Source: Chiloscyllium plagiosum
Lineage: Eukaryota
Assembly (NCBI RefSeq): GCF_004010195.1
Contig: NC_057756.1
Location: 2,730,776-2,794,775 of the forward strand
Reading direction: 5' to 3'
Length of the DNA stretch: 64,000 nucleotides
Part shown: positions 52,826 to 64,000 of the stretch, piece after piece
Position numbering within the stretch: position 1 is the first letter of the stretch
Layout of the letters: each line of letters opens with the position of its first letter
The notes under the pieces: model-generated
The model's input: only the letters and a program-made list of their open reading frames with translations
Database searches by the model: none
What the model was told of the DNA's origin: nothing
Made by a program: the position numbers and the translations under genes

Positions 52826-54311
52826 AAAAGGTGGTACAGGAGTCTAGAAATAAATTAATATGTAGACATCAAATATCCTAGCATTAAGTCAAATGAGTCG
52901 ATGGCTTCAGTTGTACAATAACATTTTGCACTTTTTAATCCATGATTTCTAGAAATTCAATTCTGGCAGAAGGCAGTTCAAGATTTAGGTGAGTTAAAAT
53001 TTGAAATGCTTGGCAAGCATATCATTCCTTTAACTAGCTGATCCCGAGATGGTAATGATGAGCTAATTTCTGTAAACACTACATCTGTTATGCTGTTCGT
53101 GCACCCACAACTTCACGAGGTCGGGAGTAATAGGATTTTAATTGAATTTGTGTTTTAAGTTCATATGCCCATCATGATGTTTTGAAACAAAAATACATCT
53201 TTGGTAATAGTCATCCTAATTTCAGTGCCTTCAAAAACATCAAGTTACTCCTTTCCCAATATTCATAATATTGTGAAAAATTGATAGGAATAATATGATA
53301 ATTTTCAGAATTGACCAATTGAAAGAATTTCTCTGCCATGTTAATGTACCATTCCTCTTTAATTTTGTTAATTTCATTACGTCTTCACTCTTATTTTCAT
53401 TTGAACATTTTGTTTTGCAAAGAACACACATCTTGAATAGCTGTTGAAATGTAGTATCTAATATTTGGACTCTTCAACATAAAAAATGTGATTACACATT
53501 CATTTGACCACCTGTCACTGGCTACAATTTTGAGCACAAGGTTAATGATAATGGAATGGAAACTAAGATTTTCGATCATCAATGTAACCGTGAAGGTTTC
53601 GAATGTGGTTGACTGCCATTAAGTTGGCATCCTCAGATTGATTACAATTTCTGTATGAGTCAAACAATTCACCAAAGTGCCATGAATGACATGGAAGTCA
53701 GGTCATTTAATTTCAATACAAAGGTGTCAGATGTTTTGATGTGTCTACGAAAGCAATACCAACTCGGAATCCAAAAAGAAAAAGAAGAATCTGCTTAAAA
53801 GGCTCCGTGGATGTGGGAAAATTGTTGGTGAAAAATCAGACTTTATGTTTCAAGTTAAGTGACGCTTCCGAAGAACATTTCTCAAGAAGGGTCACTTGCC
53901 CGGAAATGTTAACTCTGATTTCTTTATAATATCTACAGCTGTTTTGGTTTTCGTATACTCGGACTAATATGCATTGGCAGACGACATGGATTAGATGTCA
54001 AGATATATAGGAGCAGACACAATGGCAGTAGATTCCTGTCAGGAAAGACGCAGTGTAATCTTTCAATCTCTCCATAGAAGTGTCAATTGTGAACTTTCAC
54101 AAAACTTCATACCTTATGTGTTCAATATCGATTTGATAAATCGTGCATGCTATTAATGTTAACATGTATGCCGACTGGTTGTTTCATGTGGTCGTCTTAT
54201 TTGCCATTTTTCCACACATGCTGCATTCAGAATGTATTTCACCCTCAACGAATTTGAAAGAAACCTCTGTTCTAAAGAAGAGCAATATTTTACAAACTTA
54301 CTGTGAGTATG

Positions 54312-54315
<4 letters not shown>

Positions 54316-54366
<51 letters not shown>

Positions 54367-54367
54367 N

Positions 54368-54413
<46 letters not shown>

Positions 54414-54433
54414 GTGTGTGTGTTTATGTGTGT
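54316..54433. repeat. (TG)n microsatellite with an N at 54367
   Basis: Seen directly in the sequence. Confidence 0.98.
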
Positions 54434-55247
54434 GCGGACTGACTCCATGTTTTCTCTTTCTTTTGCAAATCATTTGATAGATTCTGTTCTGACATACTAA
54501 GGCTCATGATTCCTGATGTAGGCTCTTCTATTATCCTGAAAGTCTCGTTTCTCTCTTAAGACACAATTTATTTTACTTCAAGCCAAAGTATTGAGTCTGT
54601 CATTTGATATAGTTCAGTTATGTTACAAAACAACATCATTGAAGATGAAGACTTCTCTACAGTCTTACATTATTCAGTTTATTTATCTCATAATTTGTGA
54701 GACATGTTGACACTCTTGCAGTTTTGTTCAGTGTATTCAGTTGTGAAAACAAAATGCTTAAATATTGCAGGCGGTCAAACATTTTACATTAACGTTGATG
54801 TGATTTGAACAGGATGATCTTTTATAATATTGCACACACGTCAGACGGAAGCATACGTACTAAATTGAAGCAATGCCCTTTTTCTCGATGTGAACTGTTA
54901 GAAAACGCTGATTGGGTTTTTTATGATTGTCGAATATAAAGAGACTGGGACGTCTTAATGAGTGTTAACAATAACACCTTGCATATCTATCAGAAAATAG
55001 AACAGTGAGATGCAAAAATAGACACTGCTTGACGTTTGAAGAGAATATTCGTATCACATGAAACGAGTGAAATATTGCTAATAATGCGTTATAATTCACA
55101 AAAATGTACACACCATGACAAACGGGTATAAGCAAAATGCAATTAAACTGTACTTGCATGTTCTGGTGAGCAATATGAAACAGATTCTAAGATTACTAAA
55201 GAACTAATGCTCACAAAGTTTCAGATACTCGATTTATCTAAATTTTG

Positions 55248-55580
55248 GGGAGGCACAGTGGCCCAGTGGTTAGCACTTATGCCACACAGGGTTGACAATC
55301 AGGATTCGATTTTTGTCACAGGTGACTGCGTGCAGATTGCACATCCTCTCCATGTCTACATGGGTTTCGTCTGCGTGGTCCGGTTTCTCCCATAATCCCA
55401 GGACGTGCAGGTTAGGTGAACTGGCTGCGTAAAATTGCGCATATTTTTCAGAGATGTGAAGGTCATGTGCATTAATCCGGCATAAATCTAGAACAGTAGG
55501 GTAATCGAATGAATCTCGTTAGGTAATTCTGGGTGCAGGCTTGTTGGGCTAAATGCCTGTTTCCACACTGTAGACACTTA
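55248..55580 (+). mobile_element. HE1/V-SINE-type SINE
   Basis: ggcacagtggcccagtggttagcact (A box), ggattcgatt (B box), gtgcaggttaggtgaactggc, cctgtttccacactgta. Confidence 0.88.
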
Positions 55581-56637
55581 TACTGTGAAATTCTAAATCT
55601 TCAAAACAAATTGGACACTGTAAACATAAGGTCGATATTCACCATTGGAGGGAGAGGAGAACCATACACTTATTGATCAGATACTCTGACGTTTGCTCAG
55701 CGAAAAGAAAATCTGTTAACATATTTATAAGTGTAGTGAAGGAACTGATGCTTAAGGAAGAAATTAACATGCTGAAAACCGACCCCAACGTCAAAAAAGA
55801 CACTACTTATAAAAAGTCTTTCTTTGTCACTCTGATCAGATTCATATTCACAGGCAGACAGAAAGCCATAGTAGTGTGCAATATTACAAGTCTTTGGGAC
55901 GGAAAAATGTATTCCTTACTGTTTCATTTCAACACAATTCCTGTGTACTGATGATATATATTGTGAACATATACAGATCTTTGTTTTCTCAGTCAAGATA
56001 TACAGTACTGGGAAATAATGATTTTTTAAGCTCAAGGAACTACATATATCCCTGACCGAAATATCACACCAAACTTTCTGAAATGGCTTTCAGAAACCAT
56101 AAGATATTCATTATAATCTGTTTGTAAGATTCAATCGCTATGTCATGCAGTGTCGCATAAACTGAAATGAGATGTCAGAGTAGATTCTCTGTTGTTGGTT
56201 GACCCTTCTCAGAATTTTCGAACGTGCGGCACTATATCCGTTTCAGGGGTCAATCAGTTGGAGAGAAGATGAATAATGCTTTATGTATGTATGTGCTGTA
56301 TGAAAATATATATATATTGTGTATGCACACACTGATTGTGACATTTGTTATGCCTCCGGAAAAAGTTGTAATGTGCAGGACTTTAGGAAACACTTGACAA
56401 AGCTTTGGACTCCATAAGATTATACTGTCATCGACTGAACATTTCATAGCTACTATAATTTTTAAAGTTTCTTTAGTTCTTACATGGGTTGACATATTTG
56501 CTCTACAGAACAGATTTTTCTTTGAAATTTGTTACCATACATTTTTCTACAGATAGAATGATTCTGAAATTCGTTTAATCGTGTTCATTTAATTTTTTTT
56601 ATGTATTCCATAATCAAAAGTGTTCTTTCCTTTTCAG

Positions 56638-56664
56638 AAAACAAATTGCGAGAGACAATAATCG
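56638..56664 (+). CDS. Candidate 27-nt phase-1 microexon (xNKLRETII)
   Basis: gttctttccttttcag|AAAACAAATTGCGAGAGACAATAATCG|gtaatg. Confidence 0.6.
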
Positions 56665-57085
56665 GTAATGTAAAATCCGAACTCTCCCGTCTGCACCAAA
56701 TGTTAAATGGATTACATTTCACTTGATTAAAACGTTTGCTGTGCTTTTAGCTATCGGGTGCCTACTGGAAGTAATAGAGAATATCTACTTATCTTCTCAA
56801 ATAGGAAGTTCCAATGGCACAAATGAAATGGTCATTGCAATACTGTTGCATGTAAATGTTATAATAATTTCTACAGTTGTGTAGCCAGAAATTAATGATA
56901 AGGCAACATGCAGTGAAACTTTTGTCCACTCCATGATCGGTCTGAGACAGTTTGAAGCAAATAAAATATCACACCGTTGTTATCATTAGCACAATGTCGT
57001 AAGCAACATCAAAATAAAATAGTACATCTTTTCTTCATCGCCTTACCACTTCTTGAGAATTGTGTTATGCTTGAAAACTAATTAG

Positions 57086-57257
57086 AAAATTGCAATTCAT
57101 CAATAATAATAGCTGCAGTAGTAAATGTAGTTATGTTAGTTGCCTTCGTAGTATTAGCATTGCTCTTGTTCTTAATTTTGACAACTGATGAAATTAAATT
57201 CCAAGTTTGTCTGAATGACACCTCTTGGAAAATGTCTTTGTGCCAGTCTGGACCTCG
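57086..57257 (+). CDS. Possible transmembrane exon (ENCNSSIIIAAVVNVVMLVAFVVLALLLFLILTT...)
   Basis: About 26 consecutive uncharged, mostly aliphatic residues in phase 1. Weak acceptor (ctaattag) and donor CG|gtaaca. Confidence 0.3.
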
Positions 57258-57829
57258 GTAACATAGATGCAAATTAGATCTTGTCATTTTGTCAGAGACA
57301 TGGGAAACCATTTTTCTTCAGAGACTTACGTTTGTGCTTGTTTCTTGCAATTTTCTTTTTCGAACGTCATTGAATGCTTATGTAGCTTGAAGGCAGAAAT
57401 AGATAAAACCTTGTTTAAGAGGGAATGAAATATTGTCTTGAGAATGCAGAGATGAGAGAATTATCCTTGCCTTCAAGGCCGGATTTGCCCGAATGCAAAC
57501 CAAAGAATCATGATGGTATTTGTGTCAATGAGAATGAGTTGCTGTACTCTCAAGTGGTTGTTGTCTTATCTACAACAAATAATGGTGGTTGCAATTAATT
57601 GAGGTCATTCACACGTCACAGCAGGAGACACTCAACTTTGTGTCATCGGGTAAAATACCGTCAGTTGCTTCTTTAATTACCTTTGTTCCATTATAATCTC
57701 AGAGGTGACCATAATCTGGAGAAGAGAACGAAGTGCAACACTGCATACGACTGTTCAAATATCACAGGTGTACATGTGCAGTTCTTGTGAAGCTAGAAAT
57801 TTACAGTAATAGACATCAAATAATTAAGT

Positions 57830-58985
57830 AAAAGCACGAGATTGTACTTTTGCTCGCTAAATTGGCAGGTTTGTTTACATCTCCATGCGAGATAACATTA
57901 TCAGTGAGCCCCCGTGAAGCGCTGGTGTTCTGTTCAGCTTTCTATTTATGTGCCTTGGTCTCTTAAGATGGGTGATATAATTTCCGTTTGTTATTCTCAG
58001 AGGTTTGTAAATGGGGTCAAAATCGACCTATTTATTTTTGAAGTTATGACTGACAGATTTCTAGGAATTCCCGTACATGTCTCTATTCAGCCTGTACTCG
58101 AGTCAATATGTTGGAACAGTTGAAGTGCTGTATTTTTCTTTGATCTATATGTTGGTTATACTAGTGATTGTGGGTCATGTCTTTTGGTGGTTAGTTGATG
58201 TTCGAGTATCATTGGTGCCCAAGTTTCTGTCTGTTTGTCTGATGTAGTTTTTTTTGTCATATATAGTCGTTGCATGGTATTTTGCAAATAATACAGGTTT
58301 TCGTTTTGCTGTTTATTTGAATAGGTTATTTTAGATTCACAAGTAGCTGTTTAATTGTATTAATAGGTTGGTAGGCAACCATGATGCCAAGAGGTCGGAG
58401 TAGTCTGGGAGTTTCCTCTGAGATGTATTTAATGCATGTTCGTGTTTTTAGTGGTGTTGAACGTGTTGTGTATACTTGTTTAGATTTGTTGTTTATGAAT
58501 TAGCAGTCTGTGTGCTATTTTTCTTTTGCTGTTCGTAGTTCTTGGGAGCTGCAGTGTTCAGTGGCCCGTTAGCATAGTGTCTTGATTTAGCTCAGTTTGT
58601 GGGTGTTCTGATGATTGCTTCTGGAGGTAATTATTTGGTATGTGTGTGTGTTGCTGCCCTGTAGATGCTGGTCTGCAGTTCTCCATTAATTGTTAGTTCT
58701 ACTGTGACATCTAGGAACAGATGTCCGTTGTTTTTCTCCTATTTTGTGAGCTTTATGCCACTAAGGTTACGCTAATGATGCTGTAGATTTCCTGTCATTT
58801 GTTCCGTTTTGTAATGACAAGGGTTTCATCCACATAGCGGACACAAAGTGTTGATTTAAAACTGGGGAGGTCTGTTTCTTCTAGGCTCTGTATTGCTGCA
58901 TCTGCTAAGAAGCCTGATATTAGTGATACAATACGGTTTTTCTGATTTGTTTGTCCGTTTTTTCTATTGGACGTAGTGTGCAGTG
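57830..58985 (-). mobile_element. Decayed Penelope-like element (RT C-terminus, GIY-YIG, pLTR)
   Basis: The minus strand has ISGFLADAAIQSLEE, VRYVDET, FLDVTV, YIS(E)ET.RLLRPLG-like motifs. Confidence 0.8.
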
Positions 58986-59064
58986 AGACACAGCTCTCCC
59001 ATTTTAAGGACGTCGTCGTTGTTGATGAAGTTGATGCTGTTTCCTGTTTGTGCCTATGGATCGA

Positions 59065-59570
59065 CCAGTAGTGCAGTCATTTACAAACTGCCACGCAAGA
59101 ACTACATAAAAAAAATTACATCGGACAGACAGGCAGACAAAATAGCCAACCGGATATATGAACACCAACTAGCTATCAAAAGACATGACCAAACATCAGC
59201 AGAATCCTAACATACAGATGAAGAAGGACATCACTTCGACTGGACAACACATCAACTCAATCAAAGGCTGAACAGAGACATGGACGGGAATTACTCGAGG
59301 CATGTCATTCAAACGGGAACTTCATCAATGAACACATCGATATGGAACCCATTAAACCAGATCTGAGTCTAAGAACCTGAAAGAGTATCACCTCCCTTAA
59401 GAGACCGATACACACAAATAGAAAGCGGGGCAGAACAGTAACTTTTCCCTGAAGGCTCACTGATATTGTTACCAAGCGTGATGACAAAACGTCTGAAATC
59501 AACCTGCCAGTTCAACGAGCAAACGTTCAACCTGAACCTCATGTTGAGCTACAAAATTTCTCGAAATTCG
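59065..59570 (+). mobile_element. Penelope-like 3' fragment, inverted relative to 57830-58985
   Basis: VIYKLP...YI...RIYEHQLAIKRHD and RELLEACHS. The pLTR at 59400-59525 is the reverse complement of about 57850-57970. Confidence 0.8.
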
Positions 59571-59628
59571 AAAACAGATACTTGACTTTAGTAGGACTTA
59601 ATTTATATCGATGTTTGCCTGAACCTAG

Positions 59629-59664
59629 AGTTGAAAGATTGCAAACTGAAAAAGGAAGACCCAG
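59629..59664 (+). CDS. Candidate 36-nt phase-1 exon (ELKDCKLKKEDP)
   Basis: tgtttgcctgaacctag|AGTTGAAAG...GACCCAG|gtaaga. The peptide parallels the 63522 exon. Confidence 0.55.
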
Positions 59665-60760
59665 GTAAGAAGATTATTGCAGTTACACTTGACTTTTTTG
59701 GCGGAATTCAGCCTGTATAAATTCAAACAACGTATCTATGCAGTAAGTGTTGCAAAAGACAGCTCAGCATCGATATTTTAAAGCAGTTCAATAGACCAAA
59801 CACAGCTAAATATTCTGAATGAAAATGCCTTCCACATTGGATTTCAGTTGATAAGAGTGAACATATGTCCACCCATAGACAGGGCAAAAAAGTCTTTAAT
59901 AACGATTAATTGGGGAAGTATATTTCTGATTCGGTTTGTTCCATAATTAAAATAATTATGAAGTGTCCCGCATGTACAATTTTCCAGTGCTATAAAGACA
60001 TAACCAAAAATTAAGGATGGAAAGATCTTTTCCATAAAATCTAGAGACACAAATGTTTGGTCATAAAGTTGTTGTGTCTATATGCCAGCATTGTGAAGCT
60101 TGATAATTTACAGCGAGCATCTTTCAAAGTAGATAGAATAAACAAGATTAAAAATGAACAATTAAACCTTTGTGTAATTTGAAAAGTCCATTCACCCCTC
60201 CTCAGAGTTGGCATGTTAAAATTGTAATGCTTACTTCTTGTGGGCTGGAAAACAAATCGGTGAATCACACGAATATTGCATGTGTTGTTCAATCCAAGAG
60301 TTCAGTTTCAGCAACAGTATGTTCACGAGTTAATCCAATGATCTTGTTACCGTTTTGTCCAAACTCAGTGACATTTTTGGAACTAATAAATGTAAAAGGT
60401 GAGAATAACGCTTTTCGTTATTGTTTAACATCTTTGTATCATAGTTTAACTTAAGACATGATGACATTTTCTATCGCTCTTTAAGCATTAGGCTGTGCAA
60501 CAGATTGTTAAGACTTCCTCTATTGTTACACTATCAATGAATTTTGACAGCGTATGAGTTGAGAGTCTAGATGGCATTTTAAAAAAATAATTCTATTATG
60601 AACAAAAAACGCGGTTTGTTAGCTCGAAAATATAAATGATGTTCAAAGTCAAATTCCGTCCAAAGTTACTTCAACAGTAAAAACAATCTATCAATTTGAA
60701 GAATTTAGAAGACATTGTATATTTTTATATTTTATTTTGCATGATACGGTCTTCATACAG

Positions 60761-60766
60761 AGGATG
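60761..60766 (+). CDS. Candidate 6-nt microexon AGGATG
   Basis: tttattttgc...gtcttcatacag|AGGATG|gtatgt. Confidence 0.3.
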
Positions 60767-61559
60767 GTATGTAAAAAGTAACTCTTTATTGTCTTCAACC
60801 TCGAACCAAAAAAAAAAATCAAGCGACCATGATCCAATGCAGGGTCCTTGCAAAGGGAAAAAAAAACAATTAAATAATGATTCCACCATGAAAGAAACAC
60901 CCTTAACAAAGAAATTGGGTATACCAACATTCTCAGGTCTATGCAATTTTTTTGATTGTGTCATATCACCACTTAAACGTTTGTGTCCGCCACTGGCAGG
61001 AAGTTTAGTTTAAGGTTAACTATAAAGCTGTCCTCACAAATCGCACTCTTTGCCAATTCATGATTTCCCTGAAAAATGTTACTGTATGCTCATTACTCGA
61101 ACTGCTGCATTGCTTTTAATAGATTGACACTACTCTTGTAAGGATATAATTCCAAGACGCTTTAGCAAACATTGCTGGGTAGCATGTCTCCATTTCTTTT
61201 GGGGGAGGGCGTGTCAGCTTAATTATTTCATTTACAAAACAATAGGACTTCATATATTGCAGACACAGTTACAGCCAATGCTACTTGATTAAGGCTGAGA
61301 GATACTTCGCAGCACATAGCAGTGAAACGATTAAAAATCAAGCCTACATGCGTATAAAATCACAAAATAAAAATAAATAAGAGTAAAAGACTGCAGATTA
61401 GCAGTCGATTTGTACTTAAATCAGAATTCATTTTTTTAAAAGTGCTCAAAATGTTTAAACGTTTTGCTGAACAAAGCAATTATGAGCGTGTGTGGAAAGT
61501 CAAAACATGTCAAATATACAAGTTTGCACTTCAATTCACGACGAATTTGAAATAAGTTC

Positions 61560-63360
61560 AGTGTAGTCGTGATGCAAATCGAGGTAATTAAATTTGTTCT
61601 CATAGCCATTATGGAAGCATCCCCATATGTAGATGAAATCTAATAGAGAACATTCTTTCAGAGAGACAAGGGGATGAAAAAGGTGTTGGAAAAGAGCTCT
61701 GATCGAGGAATTAGACCAGAACAGTTCCGAGAGTTAATATAGACTTCGAAGATGTACAGTCCCTTGCAGAAGTCATAAAAGAAGAAGCAAAGGAAATAAG
61801 ACGGCGAGTGGACTTGTGTACACAGACCCAAGCGCAAACCACTCAGTGGGAACAGCTGTAAGTCATCAAATTATAGGTGCGTGTAAAAATACAATAGGTA
61901 CATCAATATGGGTGACGTTAGACTTCGTAATGATAGGGTTGACCAAACTGGACAGTTTTGCTGTTGCGAAAAATTCTTAGAATGTATTAAATGTAGCTTC
62001 CATGAAACAGGACATCTTGAAACTACTAAATGGTACTGATGCAGAATTAATCATTGACTTATTCGTAGAATATCCCAATGAATTAGTGATCATGGGGTGA
62101 CATTAGTTATAATCATTTTGTTGATCAAATGACTGGTTCGGAACAACTGTATTTAATTTAAGATCACGGAATCAGAATGAAATTTGTGATCATCCATGAA
62201 CTGGACGAAGACATTATCTGGAATGACAGTCAAACATTGTCAAACGCTTAACGAGATAATACTTGGCTCTCAGAAAAATTATATTCGATTAAGGAGGAAT
62301 AATTTCAGACAAAACTACAGTTAACCAAAGAAGATAATGTAAAAGATCTGTGAAAGCTGCAGAGTCTATGAAAAGGGGGACAAAAAAGTTCAGAAATCAA
62401 GTATGAGGACAGGGCTAGCGAGTAGTACAGTACAGATTAAAGTAAATCTTCTTTAAAAAAACAATATATATATATATATGTGAGAATTCAGAGTGAGCAT
62501 TGTCGTCTCGAAGATGAATGTGAGGAGAAGGTGAGGAGTGGCAATGAAACAATATAACAAGTAAATAGACATGTTTCATGGTGGAAGATACTTCAGATAT
62601 TCTTATAATATGGAAGGCACACTAACGAGGAATTCAGTACCATCACCAGTCCTAACTAAGTAACATTCACTAAAGCAACGGCCGTATAGTTAGATAAGCC
62701 TGGTGAATCCCATGGCTTTGTACCGAAGATCCTAAAAGATACAGCTAACACTAAAGTCAAAAAAGTGAAGCAATGTCATGTCATTTTGAGTCTGTCCAGG
62801 ATATTGGTTTGGCACTTGTAGAATACTGCATTCCATTCTGTCCTCTCTTCTTACAAAAAGACGCTGTGAAGCTTAGAAGTCTTCAGAAAATATTGGCAGT
62901 TTTGTTGCAACAGTTGGATTGTGTGATCTACAGAACGAGAACGAATAGTCTGGGACTATTTTCTGTGGACCGTCAGAGACTGAATTATGAAATTATACAA
63001 GTTTGAAGAATCATGAACTATTTGGATAGAATGAATAGATAATATCTTTCTTTTTGCTCGCGTAGGAGAGTCCAAAAATACATAACAAAGTTTTAAATTG
63101 AGAGGAGAAAAAATTATAAGTAACCTTAGGGGATTTTTTTCATGGTGAGTGCATGGGAAAAAAAAAAGCTGCGAGAGGGCGTGGTGGGAGTTGTTAAAAT
63201 AACAACATTTAAAACGTGTCTAGATGGTTACACGAATAGGGTGACTTCGGAGGATTTGGTCCAAATGCTGGATAATAAAACTGGCTTGATTTATCTATTC
63301 AACATGAATGGGTTTCACGGAAGGGTCTGTGTTTGTGCTTAGTCGTCAATCAATCTATAA
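61560..63360 (+). mobile_element. Highly decayed CR1 (APE to RT 3' end, with deletions)
   Basis: LALVEYCIPFC; SLGLFSVDRQRL; FKTCLDGY. Confidence 0.75.
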
Positions 63361-63521
63361 CCATTTCAAATGCAGTTGATGAGTAATGCAGACAAAACAC
63401 ACAATGCGAGAATAAAGACTTAAGATTGCTGAATTTTAAAGATATCAAAAGGATTCAACTTTTCTAATTGAAAAGTGGTGTTCTATAATGTTTTCCAATT
63501 CCAATTAATCTTTCAATACAG

Positions 63522-63557
63522 AACTTGATGCTTGTCAGAAAAAGCTCAGAGAAATTG
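63522..63557 (+). CDS. Candidate 36-nt phase-1 exon (ELDACQKKLREI)
   Basis: ttaatctttcaatacag|AACTTGATG...GAAATTG|gtaaga. Stop in phase 2; coiled-coil-like in phase 1. Confidence 0.7.
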
Positions 63558-64000
63558 GTAAGAAGCTTCTTGCATGTGTATTTGAAGCTTCAATGTTACT
63601 TATTACCAGTTCATTTGAAGAAAACGCAACAAAACAATGATCTCCATACATGTGAATGTATATTTTGCGTTGGGGATGTTGCACAATGATACAATGATAA
63701 TTAATCCAACAAAACAAGCATAAGTGCAAAAGAATCCTTGTGTGAATATGGAATGGATTGAAAACGTAGCTTCCAGTGTGCACTTGAAGCAATATTATTA
63801 CTCTACACAAATATACATTTCGGTATGTAGGGACGGGGCAGTTGGGGGGGGGGGGGGTGAGCTGACATTTTCTGTCTCTGTAGATGTTGTTCTTATGATG
63901 AATCTTTTCACAAAAAAGTTAACAGCATGATTCTATCAGCTGAGCAAATCACTGTCATTGCGTACAAGCCAATAACAAGGAACATTTCAAAGAATTACAT

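Noticed and set aside
54143..54500. ORFs with CV/HT repeats and a signal-like N-terminus
   Set aside because: These are translations of the (TG)n microsatellite; splicing at 54302 to the next exon creates a stop.
61662..61682. 21-nt block after ctttcag
   Set aside because: Poor donor (gtgttg), and it lies within CR1 endonuclease remnant sequence.
1..64000. CRISPR arrays, operons or other prokaryotic systems
   Set aside because: Vertebrate repeat landscape with no regularly spaced repeat-spacer array or dense coding.

Overview
Eukaryotic, AT-rich, repeat-dense DNA, almost certainly from a cartilaginous fish (shark). The basis is HE1/V-SINE-type SINEs, many CR1/HER1-like LINE fragments, Penelope-like elements with minimal hammerhead ribozyme motifs, and Gmr1-like (SCAN-gag, integrase-before-RT) Gypsy relics. 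No long intact host ORF exists, and most ORF-track entries are TE debris or chance. Between the repeats on the + strand is a dispersed series of tiny, frame-preserving candidate exons (6-36 nt, several exactly 21 nt) with canonical splice signals. In phase 1 they read as charged heptad/coiled-coil-like peptides (DLKSEMC, DLGKEKC, EFENKEA, ELKDCKLKKEDP, ELDACQKKLREI). This resembles the heptad-microexon architecture of butyrophilin/avian BG/TSBP1-type genes, but no Ig or B30.2 exon is visible, so the identity is unproven. A separate tight cluster of strong microexons (41, 9, 12, 105 nt and a terminal exon with AATAAA) lies antisense at about 48.5-50.5 kb. The old background DNA shows little CpG depletion by hand count. 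TE boundaries are approximate, and all exon calls are by-eye predictions without transcript data.
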